Shown here one piece after another: positions 49,055-58,525 of a stretch of 64,000 nucleotides of DNA. The notes beneath the pieces were generated by a model that saw nothing but the letters and a program-made list of their open reading frames with translations, did no database searches and was not told where the DNA came from. The position numbers were made by a program, and so were the translations under genes. Origin of the DNA: an uncultured Alphaproteobacteria bacterium (GTDB taxonomy: Bacteria; Pseudomonadota; Alphaproteobacteria; Micavibrionales; Micavibrionaceae); assembly GCA_963922705.1 (NCBI GenBank), contig CAWUJS010000002.1:4606-68605 (forward strand), in the 5' to 3' direction. Position 1 is the stretch's first letter, and each line of letters begins with the position of its first letter.

Positions 49055-50047
49055 TCAAGGTTCATTATTTTCACGCATCAAAATCAGATATCCTGCTTTA
49101 TCATCGCGCTCAAAGATAATGCCTCCCAATGTACGCCTTCGAAATGAAGCGTCATTTTTAAGCGCATCAACCAAACTCTCAACCTTCTCCATGCGCGGGG
49201 CATAATCTCTATCCAGCCCAATGAGATCAAAACAACGAAACAATACACGAATCACTATTTCCTCAGGCGCATCCAGTAGATCTTTTGAAAATTCGATAGG
49301 ACCTGCATTTTTGCTTATCAAATATCGCTCAAAAGCCTCATCTGTAAAAATATCCAATGCCTGCCTTGCCCTTGCCAAACGGTTTGCCGTCACAGATAAT
49401 CTTTTGGACGTTAATCCCTCTTTGGCTAAAATATCGATCGATTGCCTTAAACGCACACGTGCAAAAGCCTCATTATCATTCGATGGGTCATGACTATAAG
49501 GGATATTCTTATCATTACATAATTGAACGAGTTCCTGCTTTGAAACCTCAAGCAAAGGCCGGCATAAATAAAATCCCTGAAATTCCTGAACAGCCGCCAT
49601 ACCGGATAACCCGTCCAAACCACTGCCTTTCGCTAATCTAAAAAGGACAGTTTCCGCCTGATCATCTTGATGATGCCCCAGGAAAAGCGATGAAATTCCA
49701 TGCGCTTTACAATAGCCCCGCATTAAATCATAACGCGCTTTACGTGCTTCCTCCTGTATACGAACATCTTGAGGAGCCTCCCAAACCAGCGTCTCATGGC
49801 AAACATGATCAAATCCGGAGCAATATTCTGCAACCAAAGCACATTCCTTTTGCGCGTCCTCACGCAAGCCATGATCAACACTCAAAACATGTAAATCTTT
49901 GCCCTGCAACGAGCACCATTCCTGCAACAACCATAATAACGCCATGCTATCCGGCCCTCCGGATACACCGACAGCGAGAGCCTTTTGCTTTTCTATGGTA
50001 GTAGAAAAATCTTTCTCAATTATTTTTGAAAATTTATCAAACTGCAT
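49055..50047 (-). CDS. tilS: tRNA(Ile)-lysidine synthetase
   Basis: PP-loop SGGPDS in AVGVSGGPDSMALL, upstream of ftsH (conserved linkage). The ORF extends to 50092, but those extra codons are encoded by the dispersed repeat at 50069-50108, so the Met at 50047 (MQFDKF) is preferred. Confidence 0.85.
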   Translation of the reverse strand: MQFDKFSKIIEKDFSTTIEKQKALAVGVSGGPDSMALLWLLQEWCSLQGKDLHVLSVDHGLREDAQKECALVAEYCSGFDHVCHETLVWEAPQDVRIQEEARKARYDLMRGYCKAHGISSLFLGHHQDDQAETVLFRLAKGSGLDGLSGMAAVQEFQGFYLCRPLLEVSKQELVQLCNDKNIPYSHDPSNDNEAFARVRLRQSIDILAKEGLTSKRLSVTANRLARARQALDIFTDEAFERYLISKNAGPIEFSKDLLDAPEEIVIRVLFRCFDLIGLDRDYAPRMEKVESLVDALKNDASFRRRTLGGIIFERDDKAGYLILMRENNEP

Positions 50048-50068
50048 AAAATTTACAAAGTTTTCTAA

Positions 50069-50108
50069 CCACAGTGACCACAGAAGATACACAGGAGCAC
50101 TTATTTTT
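50069..50108. repeat. third copy of the ~40-nt dispersed repeat seen at 15317-15402
   Basis: CCACAGTGACCACAGAAGATACACAGGAGCACTTATTTTT. By eye it shares its CCACAGTGA start, the CACAGAAGA and ACACAGG blocks and the T-rich tail with the copy at 15317-15358, after allowing a 2-nt gap. Confidence 0.8.
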
Positions 50109-50289
50109 AGCGTCTATTAACTTACATCTTTGCATTTTTAACTATTGAGTATCAGACGCATCTTGGAAAAGTCATGCATAAGGTTTAACATTGTCCATGA
50201 TTGATTACTAATGCCGTTTATTTTTATACCATCTTATTTTTCTGTTAAGATTATAATAGAATATCTTTTGAATTTTAAAGAGGCTCTTT

Positions 50290-51006
50290 GTGTCCATAAC
50301 AAAATTACTATTAGCAATAACGCTTGTAATAATGACAGCAGCATTGCAAAAAAACGCGTATGCGCAGCGTGAGCGCAATCATTGGCAAGGTGTAGCAGCC
50401 GATCTATGCTCATCAGAAGATCCGAAAGTAACCGTCAGGCTAAAAACTGCCAAAACAAAATATATTAAAAATTACAATGCAAAAACGATTAATCAGATTC
50501 ATAAGAATGCAGGACAAGGTACTATTTTAGGGCTTGCCGGAGGTCCAATTTCTATTGAAATGAATGGTCAATATGAAATCAGAACCAGCAATAGAAAGTC
50601 CTGTGTACAATTATCTAATGTAGATGTCATGTTCTGGGCAAAGCCAGTAATCGTCATTGCCAGTAATTTCCCAAAAGGATCGTGTGAATATCGTGCAGTT
50701 CTTGCGCATGAACAAAAGCACATTCGGACAACACGCAAATTTATCCGCGAATTTGCCCCAAAATTACGCCGGGAGGTGCATGATATTATCGATAATTCAA
50801 GAGACCATATGGTCGTTTCAACTGAAAGTTTGCAATATGCACAAAAGCAGATTCAAGAGCCGATTATAAAACGCCTTATTGCCTATCAAAATGAGATCAT
50901 GCCAATCTTACAAAACAGACAAAACGCTATCGATACTCCCGAAGAATATGAGCGTGTTGCCGCACAATGCGATAATTGGGGTAAGAAGCTTACAAATGGT
51001 GGTTAA
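50290..51006 (+). CDS. secreted HExxH protein, DUF922-like putative zinc peptidase
   Basis: GTG start with an AAGAGG SD, a signal peptide (LVIMTAALQKNAYA) and a single HEQKH motif preceded by conserved Cys residues. The family assignment is from memory of the DUF922 pattern. Confidence 0.5.
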   Translation: MSITKLLLAITLVIMTAALQKNAYAQRERNHWQGVAADLCSSEDPKVTVRLKTAKTKYIKNYNAKTINQIHKNAGQGTILGLAGGPISIEMNGQYEIRTSNRKSCVQLSNVDVMFWAKPVIVIASNFPKGSCEYRAVLAHEQKHIRTTRKFIREFAPKLRREVHDIIDNSRDHMVVSTESLQYAQKQIQEPIIKRLIAYQNEIMPILQNRQNAIDTPEEYERVAAQCDNWGKKLTNGG

Positions 51007-51075
51007 TTAAGCCCCAAAACTCTAGGGAAATAGAAAAAATTTAAACACCCACTAATATGCACCCCCCCTGGAAGT

Positions 51076-51486
51076 TTATGACGCCTTTGCCATGCGGTGA
51101 ATAATAATACGTAACTTAGCCTCCAATTGCTGTGGTGAAAAAGGCTTGGAAATATAGGCTGTCACACCTGATGATTTTGCCTCTATAACTGATTCCATAT
51201 CTGAACGACCTGTTACCATTAAAAAAGGAATATCAGGGTCGACACTGCGCAATTGCCTGAGTAACTCAACTCCATTCATATTCGGCATATTCCAGTCACA
51301 AATAATAACATCAACAAAATCAAATGCAGAATCAATAAAAGTCAGCGCTTCGCGGCCATCATTAGACTCAAAAACCTGATTAATCCCTAATTCCAAAAGC
51401 ATATTTCGAAGCATAGAACGCGCCTCGCTTTGATCTTCCACAACCAAAACTTTGATATCTGCCATACTCTCCCCTAAGATACTCAT
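51076..51486 (-). CDS. single-domain CheY-like response regulator
   Basis: REC motifs VLVVEDQ, IICDWNMPNMNG and SKPF. The ATGA start/stop overlap with the upstream hybrid kinase suggests translational coupling. Confidence 0.85.
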   Translation of the reverse strand: MSILGESMADIKVLVVEDQSEARSMLRNMLLELGINQVFESNDGREALTFIDSAFDFVDVIICDWNMPNMNGVELLRQLRSVDPDIPFLMVTGRSDMESVIEAKSSGVTAYISKPFSPQQLEAKLRIIIHRMAKAS

Positions 51487-53534
51487 GACATTTCTCCTAT
51501 TTTCTTGCTATTAATCGGTACAACATTAGAAGCGTTATCACTCAGCATTTCAAACAAGCTGAGACACAAGCCATCAAAATCGATGGGTTTTGAGATAAAA
51601 AAAGCATCTTCAGGAATATCAACTTTGGCATTTTCACCACGCGCAGGATAACCGCTCATAAAAACAATTTCGGCATCAGGACGTACTGCTTTAAACATAT
51701 CTGCCAGCTTTAAGCCAGTCATACCAGGCATCACAAGATCAGTTATAAGAAAATCAATATCATCCTCATAATCATCCTGTAACACAAGAGCATCATTGCC
51801 ATTTTCTGCTTCTAAAACCTCCATCCCATGCCGCTTTAAAAATGTTGCTAAAATCTCACGCAAATCGCTTTCATCTTCGGCAATTAAAGCTGTATAACCA
51901 TCAAATTTAATTGTTTCTATATCATCTGCGGAACCAACTAATGATTTTGCAGGTTCAGGGAGCTGTTCTGCACGGGGAATAAACACTGAGAACTCTGTAC
52001 CTACGGAAAGTTCGGAACGCACATCTATATAACCATTCATATCCCTAACAAGACCATAAACAACTGAAAGCCCCAGACCCGTCCCTTTACCTTGCTCTTT
52101 TGTGGTAAAGAAGGGATCAAAAATACGCTCGGTAACATCTTTAGACATGCCAGAACCGCTATCACAAACGCGTAAGCACAGGTAATCGTGCTTACGATCC
52201 TTAACAAATTTTGGTAAGCTTGATGGAGAAACAAGTTCAAGGTAAACCTTCAAGTCTCCGATGCCTTCCATAGCATCCCGCGCATTAATCACCAGATTCA
52301 TCAAAATTTGAACAAATGCATTGGCCTCACAATGAGCATATAAATCACCATCATCGCAAAGAATGTTAAAATCAATTCTTTCATCAATAAGAGACTTCAA
52401 TAAAACCTGTTGCTCAGACAATAAAGCTTTTAAGTCAGTTATATTATCTTGTTTAACTTTATGACGTGCAAAAGCCATCATTTTTTTAGTAAGCTCAGCA
52501 CCGCGCGTAGAAGATTTTTTAATCTTCTTTGAATACTCTAATATCTTCTCAATATCATGCGAATTCATCTCGATCATCCGCGCATAACCTTCAACAATCG
52601 AAAGGATATTGTTAAAATCATGGGCTATACCTGCCGAAAGCTGTCCCAAAGCTTCTAGTTTTTGAGCTCGGCTTACCTCTTCTTCTTTAATTTTCAATGC
52701 TGTAATTTCACTCAATACACCGACATACAGGTCAAGCTCTTCATTATGATCAAAAATCGGCGTTAACCTGAAATCAAACCAACGCTGCATATCTCCTTCG
52801 CCAAAAACAACTTGCTCCTGAAAGCCTTCATAACTGCCTTGTCTTTGATGCTCTTGAATTGACTCAAACAGAATATCTGCATCCTGAGTAGAATGACCGA
52901 ATGAACGAAATAAATCCAAAAAGCTCTCTGGTAAAATACTATAATTTAAAGATGCAATATTTCTGCACATTCTGTTTAAGAATAAAACAGGCATAGCATT
53001 CGCTTTTGCATTCACAATGAATACACCACAAGATGTTGATTCGATTGCGAGGTTAAGCCTTTCATTCGCAATATTTAAGGCTGATAAATCTTCATTCTGG
53101 GCACGGAACTTACTCACATCTCTAATTAGCGCAGTCGTTCTACCCTTTTGCAGCTTATACATTTCAACGAGATAAGATCTGCCATCATCCACCATAATAA
53201 TTTCACGAAAATCTGAGGATCCACCAAAATGCTCTGGGACATCCAAATCGCCATCTATAGCGTTATCAAATGTGTAAGCAATAAAGTCATCAAGATTGAG
53301 AACGACATTACGATCACGCAGTTGCTCCAGATATTGTTCCGCAACAGGATTGGTATGTTTTAAAGAATCGCTTTTATCGAAAATAAGAAGGCCAGCACCG
53401 CCAATTCTTAATGTATCCTCTAACGCAGACGCATACTCTTTTACCTCTCTATGCCTGAACCAGTAAAAAACTGAATACACTGCCATTGCAGCACATAAAA
53501 AAACCAAAATTGTTAGTATAAAGGGTAAATTCAT
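51483..53534 (-). CDS. hybrid sensor histidine kinase (TM-sensor-HisKA-HATPase-REC)
   Basis: H-box GIAHDFNNILS, G-boxes DSGSGM and GTGLGLSVV, and a C-terminal receiver (LITDLVMPGMTG, SKPI). Confidence 0.88.
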   Translation of the reverse strand: MNLPFILTILVFLCAAMAVYSVFYWFRHREVKEYASALEDTLRIGGAGLLIFDKSDSLKHTNPVAEQYLEQLRDRNVVLNLDDFIAYTFDNAIDGDLDVPEHFGGSSDFREIIMVDDGRSYLVEMYKLQKGRTTALIRDVSKFRAQNEDLSALNIANERLNLAIESTSCGVFIVNAKANAMPVLFLNRMCRNIASLNYSILPESFLDLFRSFGHSTQDADILFESIQEHQRQGSYEGFQEQVVFGEGDMQRWFDFRLTPIFDHNEELDLYVGVLSEITALKIKEEEVSRAQKLEALGQLSAGIAHDFNNILSIVEGYARMIEMNSHDIEKILEYSKKIKKSSTRGAELTKKMMAFARHKVKQDNITDLKALLSEQQVLLKSLIDERIDFNILCDDGDLYAHCEANAFVQILMNLVINARDAMEGIGDLKVYLELVSPSSLPKFVKDRKHDYLCLRVCDSGSGMSKDVTERIFDPFFTTKEQGKGTGLGLSVVYGLVRDMNGYIDVRSELSVGTEFSVFIPRAEQLPEPAKSLVGSADDIETIKFDGYTALIAEDESDLREILATFLKRHGMEVLEAENGNDALVLQDDYEDDIDFLITDLVMPGMTGLKLADMFKAVRPDAEIVFMSGYPARGENAKVDIPEDAFFISKPIDFDGLCLSLFEMLSDNASNVVPINSKKIGEMS

Positions 53535-53616
53535 TTTCCGAGGGTCACATTAAAAACAATACAACTATAGATTAAATTTCATGCACAGTACAATGAAACT
53601 ATAAGCCTTATAGATT

Positions 53617-55659
53617 TTGACATACTCTGGTGTTTGCAAAACACTATTGAATGTGAAAAGAAAATATATCATAGCAATCATTGGCATAGGATTGTCTATC
53701 TTCAATCCTTGCTCTGCTATTGCACAAACACGACATTCAACCAACCTGGCTGGAAGCCTTGGCCTAAACACTATCCCAAATGCCCGTATGGATGAGCAAG
53801 GCACAATAAGGACACAATTCTCGTATCTTGACCCTTATTTTCATGGCTTTCTAGGCGTTCAACTCGCTGACCCGCTTTATGTTGGAATCAGGCAAACCGC
53901 AGAACTTTCCAGTTTTGATGAAGATTTTGACCGCCTGTATCCAGGTGTTGATACAAAATTACGCCTTATCAAGGAAAACTCGCATATACCTGAGATTGCA
54001 ATTGGCGTGCAATCCGGCTTTGGTCACAAAAGAACTGCTGGCGAATATATTGTAGCCTCCAAACTCTATCAAAATTTTGACTTTACCGCCGGTATTGGCT
54101 GGGGGCGTTTCGCAGGCGCCGCCCATTTTGGCAATCCTTTAAAAGCAATTAGCGATCACTTTGACAAAAACCGCAATCTGGACGGGGAAGACCCGAATGA
54201 ACCGGATGACTGGTTTACAGGGCAACATGTCGGTTTCTTTGGCGGGCTTGAATATTTCACCCCCATCAAAGGCTTATCCCTGAAAGCCGATTGGGGCGGT
54301 GATGATTATGAAGCTGAAAAAGCAGCCTTTGATTTTCAACCCGCTGCGCCATGGTCGGTAGGTTTGAATTATAAACCCTGGGAGTTCATGGATATCAGCC
54401 TCGCCTCACAAGGCACAGACAAAATCATAGCAAGGCTCTCTTTGCAAGGTAGTATCAAAAACTGGCGAGACCGGTCAAAACATTATAAAGCCGATGGAGA
54501 AACGCCTGTAATGCTTCACGACAACACAGCCGAAGCTGCCCTCCAATATTCGCCCCATCATTCTGCCCCCACCCAAATCGGCAAAACAGCCATGCTCATG
54601 GCCAAAAACAGCCCTGAGAACATTCATAAAATCAAAATCACCCCGACATCTTTTGGCCTCAGGGGGCCGTCGGTCAATCTAATTCGCCGCGACCTTGAGA
54701 ATACACAGAACAACATAAGCACAACAGAAATATGGCATAAAGCCGAGTTTGAGCATGACTTCAAGGGCGTACAAAAACTTCGCCCCGTACAAGGCTCAAA
54801 ATTGGCCTTTAAAAATTTTTCCTTCAGGCTCGACAATCAAATCAGCATTTCCGAAGAAGATACAAGCCTGTTGCGGAGAACCTCCCTTATTGCGAGCATG
54901 AAAGCCCCTGATGCGATCAAATATTTCACAGGCGGTTTGGGATTGCGCCTGAACCTTAGTGATAATCTCGGAAAATTGCGCCGCATTCGCCCAAGGTCAA
55001 GCTTTCCCATCAAAAGCGATGTTTATGATTTCGCTGATCGTTTCTTTGCGCTTGATCACGCCTATACCGCATTTACGCACACCATCATGCCTAATACACA
55101 TGCGAGCCTTATTGCAGGCTACATCGATGAGAATTTTTCCGGCGCAGGCGGCGAGCTACTTTATCGTCCTTATAATAAACGCTATGCCATCGGCGCTGAT
55201 AGCTGGCTTGTGCAAAAACGCGAACCTTTCACTTTCGCCAATTTAGGCACACGCGACGGGAATCTTTTCACCGCGCATTTGAATGGCTGGTATGACATTC
55301 CTAAGGCTGATACAGTCTTTGCAATTAAAGCTGGACGGTATTTAGCCGAAGATTTCGGCTTTACAACAAGCCTGACTAAACACTTCAAAAACGGTGCAAA
55401 ACTAGAAGGCTATCTCAGCATTTCAAATCAGGAAGATTTCGATCTTTTTGGCGGAACGACACATGCAGATCACGGCCTACGCCTAACGCTTCCTCTGGGC
55501 GGTTTCAAATATACACAAAATACTGAAACGCTTCTGACCGCGGCACCTTTTGGACGGGATATTGCGCAAACCGTTACAAATCCAATCCCGCTTTATAAGG
55601 CCTCAGAACCTTTCTCGCTCTCACATATCGCAAAGTACTGGGATGCGCTGAATGATTAA
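53617..55659 (+). CDS. YjbH-domain outer-membrane protein (exopolysaccharide-associated family)
   Basis: About 680 aa and beta-rich. The N-terminal region GLNTIPNARMDEQGT...Y..P.. fits the YjbH pattern as I recall it. The start may be the GTG at 53653 (VKRKYIIAIIG signal peptide). No yjbE/F/G-like partners are adjacent. Confidence 0.6.
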   Translation: MTYSGVCKTLLNVKRKYIIAIIGIGLSIFNPCSAIAQTRHSTNLAGSLGLNTIPNARMDEQGTIRTQFSYLDPYFHGFLGVQLADPLYVGIRQTAELSSFDEDFDRLYPGVDTKLRLIKENSHIPEIAIGVQSGFGHKRTAGEYIVASKLYQNFDFTAGIGWGRFAGAAHFGNPLKAISDHFDKNRNLDGEDPNEPDDWFTGQHVGFFGGLEYFTPIKGLSLKADWGGDDYEAEKAAFDFQPAAPWSVGLNYKPWEFMDISLASQGTDKIIARLSLQGSIKNWRDRSKHYKADGETPVMLHDNTAEAALQYSPHHSAPTQIGKTAMLMAKNSPENIHKIKITPTSFGLRGPSVNLIRRDLENTQNNISTTEIWHKAEFEHDFKGVQKLRPVQGSKLAFKNFSFRLDNQISISEEDTSLLRRTSLIASMKAPDAIKYFTGGLGLRLNLSDNLGKLRRIRPRSSFPIKSDVYDFADRFFALDHAYTAFTHTIMPNTHASLIAGYIDENFSGAGGELLYRPYNKRYAIGADSWLVQKREPFTFANLGTRDGNLFTAHLNGWYDIPKADTVFAIKAGRYLAEDFGFTTSLTKHFKNGAKLEGYLSISNQEDFDLFGGTTHADHGLRLTLPLGGFKYTQNTETLLTAAPFGRDIAQTVTNPIPLYKASEPFSLSHIAKYWDALND

Positions 55660-55912
55660 ATCTCTATGATTAATCCAGTAGACATAAAGATACTTGAGAC
55701 ATTTCTCACTAGCTTTGCCAGCGAAAATGATGATTCAAGGGTGAAAGACTTTCTTCTTTATGCCTTGAAAAAGCCATTGCTGAAAGAAGAGGTCTATTTA
55801 TAACGGTCAACTGTGGAAAAACATTTTTCTCCGCTTGTGCTCACATAATTTTCAGGCAATGATTATATATCTAAATTAAAAATATATACGAAACGCACCG
55901 TTTGCTAAATGT

Positions 55913-55924
55913 TACGCTAGCGTA
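55913..55924. promoter_or_regulatory. 12-bp perfect palindrome TACGCTAGCGTA (candidate TetR operator)
   Basis: Read directly. It lies 35 nt upstream of the TetR-family gene start. Confidence 0.4.
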
Positions 55925-55958
55925 TGGCATTACTGAATGGCTAAAAACAGGAGAAAAT

Positions 55959-56675
55959 ATGGAATATAAAGGAACTCAGACTGCTCTGGAGTTTGATTTT
56001 GAAAGCGACAATGAAGCGCCCCTACAAGACAATATAGCTCCAGAAAAAGAAACCACTAAAGCAGATATAAAAATGGTAGAAACTGTCGACAATAAAGAAA
56101 AAACCCAGTCAAAAGGCCGCCCGCGTAGTGAAAAATCACGTAAAAAAATCCTCAAAGCAACCAATGCACTATTATTGCATATGAGCGTTCAGGAATTATC
56201 CATCGAAGCCATTGCCAAAAAAGCCAAAGTTGGAAAAACAACAATTTACCGCTGGTGGCCTAACAAAGCCGCCGTTGTTATGGATGCCTTAATTAGCCAA
56301 CCCGGCCTTACAGCGCCTCTTCCTACACCAAAAAACAATGCGGAAGCGATTACATTACAAATTGAAAAGCTCATCCGCATGCTGAACTCCAATAATGGCG
56401 ATACAATCGCCCAGCTTTTCAGCGAAGCCCAAGCCAGTCAGGAAGCCCGCAAAATCTTTATAGGAAATTTTCTGGCACCACTCGTCGATGCGCTCGAATA
56501 TAGTCTCAAGCAAGGCATAGAAGAAAAAGAATTCCGCCCAAGTCTTGATACGAAAATTGCTATTGACATGCTCTGCGGCCCTATCTTTTTCCGCCTTATG
56601 GCACATCCAGAAAATCTCAATGAAGATTTCATCGAGGATTATACAAAAGAGGCCTTGCGCTTAATTAGCGCATAA
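55959..56675 (+). CDS. TetR/AcrR-family transcriptional regulator with an acidic ~55-aa N-terminal extension
   Basis: HTH LSIEAIAKKAKVGKTTIYRWWPNKAAV. An AGGAGA SD lies 5 nt upstream of the ATG at 55959 (the ORF track opens at 55902). Confidence 0.85.
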   Translation: MEYKGTQTALEFDFESDNEAPLQDNIAPEKETTKADIKMVETVDNKEKTQSKGRPRSEKSRKKILKATNALLLHMSVQELSIEAIAKKAKVGKTTIYRWWPNKAAVVMDALISQPGLTAPLPTPKNNAEAITLQIEKLIRMLNSNNGDTIAQLFSEAQASQEARKIFIGNFLAPLVDALEYSLKQGIEEKEFRPSLDTKIAIDMLCGPIFFRLMAHPENLNEDFIEDYTKEALRLISA

Positions 56676-56680
56676 AAAAT

Positions 56681-57979
56681 ATGCTCGATGACATTAACAT
56701 AGAGAAATACTGGAGCATTCTGGTTGAGTGGTGCGGGAGTATTTTCTGGACACCCAACACTTTATACCAGGGGCTTGTCATTTTAAGCGCTTTTCTTTTG
56801 GCAGGTATCGTCTACCCTTCAGCCAGAAAAAAACTCCATATTGGCCTTGAAAAAACTGAATTTCCTGAAGCTGTCGACAAAACCATAGCAAATCTAGAGC
56901 GCTTGATTTTTCCTATTATCGCCATCTTACTCACCGCTGTTGGTGCAGAAATCGTTGGCACAGAAAATTTCGGCGTCAATACGACTCTCCTTGATGGCGT
57001 TACAAAACTCCTTCTGGCATGGATTATTATTCGTATCGTTGTGCAATTTATCGGCAATCCAGCCATGCGAAGCTTTTTTGCCTTTGTCACATGGACAATT
57101 GCCGCTCTATCTATTTTCGGCCTGTTAGACAAAACAACAACCACACTGGATGGTTTTGGCTTTACAATCGGCGAGAGCAAAATCACGCTACTCGCCATAA
57201 TAAACTCTATCTTACTCATCGTAGCCTTGCTTTATTTTGCCCTATTCAGCGCAAGCTTTGCAGAACGCCGTGTCCGGGATGTAAAATCACTCACCCGATC
57301 ATCACAGGTTCTAATTAGCAAAATTATTCGCGTTGCCCTCATTGTGTTTGCCCTGCTGATCGGTGTCACAAGTGCAGGAATAGACCTCTCAATCTTCGCT
57401 GTCTTTGGTGGCGCTATTGGTTTGGGGATCGGTTTTGGCCTTCAAAAAGGAATATCAAACCTCTTTTCGGGCATGCTGCTCCTTATGGACCGCTCCATCA
57501 AGCCGGGTGATGTCATAGAAATCCCGGATATCGGCACATTTGGCTGGGTTAATAACATGGCTGCACGCTACACGGAAATTGTTACACGGGATAATAAATC
57601 CTTCCTCATTCCCAACGAAGATTTTATTACGCAACGCGTTGTCAATTGGAGTCACGGCTCAAAACTCATTCGCCTCGAAGTCAAATTCGGTGTTAGCTAT
57701 AAGCATAATCCGCATAATATTCGTGATGTCGCGGTAAAAGCTATACAGGAATCGCATGATCGTATTTGCAAAAATCCCGCACCTGTTTGCCATCTTGTTG
57801 AATTTGCTGATAGCGCATTAAACTTTACCTTGCGTTTTTGGATCAAAGACGCCGAAGCCGGCGTTACGAATATTCGCGGCGTGGCCATGCTGGCGCTTTG
57901 GGATGCCTTTCAAGAACATAACATTGAAATACCATATCCACATCGACAACTTTATATGACAAACTATCCATCCGGTTAG
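56681..57979 (+). CDS. mechanosensitive ion channel (MscS family)
   Basis: 432 aa with multiple N-terminal TM helices, the pore-helix region GLGIGFGLQKGISNLFSGMLLL and the beta-domain motif IKPGDVIEI. Confidence 0.88.
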   Translation: MLDDINIEKYWSILVEWCGSIFWTPNTLYQGLVILSAFLLAGIVYPSARKKLHIGLEKTEFPEAVDKTIANLERLIFPIIAILLTAVGAEIVGTENFGVNTTLLDGVTKLLLAWIIIRIVVQFIGNPAMRSFFAFVTWTIAALSIFGLLDKTTTTLDGFGFTIGESKITLLAIINSILLIVALLYFALFSASFAERRVRDVKSLTRSSQVLISKIIRVALIVFALLIGVTSAGIDLSIFAVFGGAIGLGIGFGLQKGISNLFSGMLLLMDRSIKPGDVIEIPDIGTFGWVNNMAARYTEIVTRDNKSFLIPNEDFITQRVVNWSHGSKLIRLEVKFGVSYKHNPHNIRDVAVKAIQESHDRICKNPAPVCHLVEFADSALNFTLRFWIKDAEAGVTNIRGVAMLALWDAFQEHNIEIPYPHRQLYMTNYPSG

Positions 57980-58047
57980 TCGGCCCATAGAACAGGCATA
58001 AAATCTTGTTCAATCATGGTGTGAATAACTATATGTGGCCAATGTCC

Positions 58048-58275
58048 TTATTTTTGCGCATCGCAAATAAGCTTGCCAAGATCAACATTAAGCGCCTCTG
58101 CGATTTTTAGGCATGTCAGGAGGGTTGGTTGGATTTTACCTGATTCAATTTGGCCAATAGATGTACGGTGCAAACCAGTTGTCTGACCAATTTTTTCATG
58201 TGACAAGCCCTGCTCTTTTCGAGCAGCTATCATTGCTTTTACAACATTTTTAACAATCGCATCCGGCTTTTTCAT
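58048..58275 (-). CDS. small XRE/Cro-family HTH regulator
   Basis: HTH GLSHEKIGQTTGLHRTSIGQIESG. The ORF extends to 58299, but the Met at 58275 (MKKPDAIV) leaves both palindromes in the divergent intergenic region. Confidence 0.8.
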   Translation of the reverse strand: MKKPDAIVKNVVKAMIAARKEQGLSHEKIGQTTGLHRTSIGQIESGKIQPTLLTCLKIAEALNVDLGKLICDAQK

Positions 58276-58311
58276 GAAACAATAATCTCGCCATTGCATG
58301 CAAATTGAAAC

Positions 58312-58325
58312 GAGAGTATACTCTC
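58312..58325. promoter_or_regulatory. 14-bp perfect palindrome GAGAGTATACTCTC (candidate operator, contains TATACT)
   Basis: Read directly, in the divergent region between the XRE gene and the 327-aa ORF. A second perfect 10-bp palindrome, TTGCATGCAA, is at 58294-58303. Confidence 0.45.
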
Positions 58326-58525
58326 TATCATGACTGAAGAAGAGCGTGCGTTGCTAAACCAATATTTGAATGAGATGATTGAAGGACATTACAGCATTAT
58401 GCGCGCTTTGTGGAAAATTCAAAAGTTCCTACTGACCGATGAACAGGGATAAGTGCATTTTTTTATTGACAAAAAAATTATGTTTAGGGTATGGGTATAT
58501 TTAAATATTTATAAGGACATACACT

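Noticed and set aside
55666-55803. 45-aa ORF (MINPVDIKILETFLTSFASENDDSRVKDFLLYALKKPLLKEEVYL) just after yjbH.
   Set aside because: No SD and no terminator or promoter context, and it is too short to judge by composition.
58330-58452. 40-aa ORF between the XRE gene and the 327-aa ORFan.
   Set aside because: There is no Shine-Dalgarno, and the 14-bp palindrome ends 4 nt before its ATG. It is more likely part of a long 5' UTR. It is mentioned in the corresponding finding but not called as a gene.
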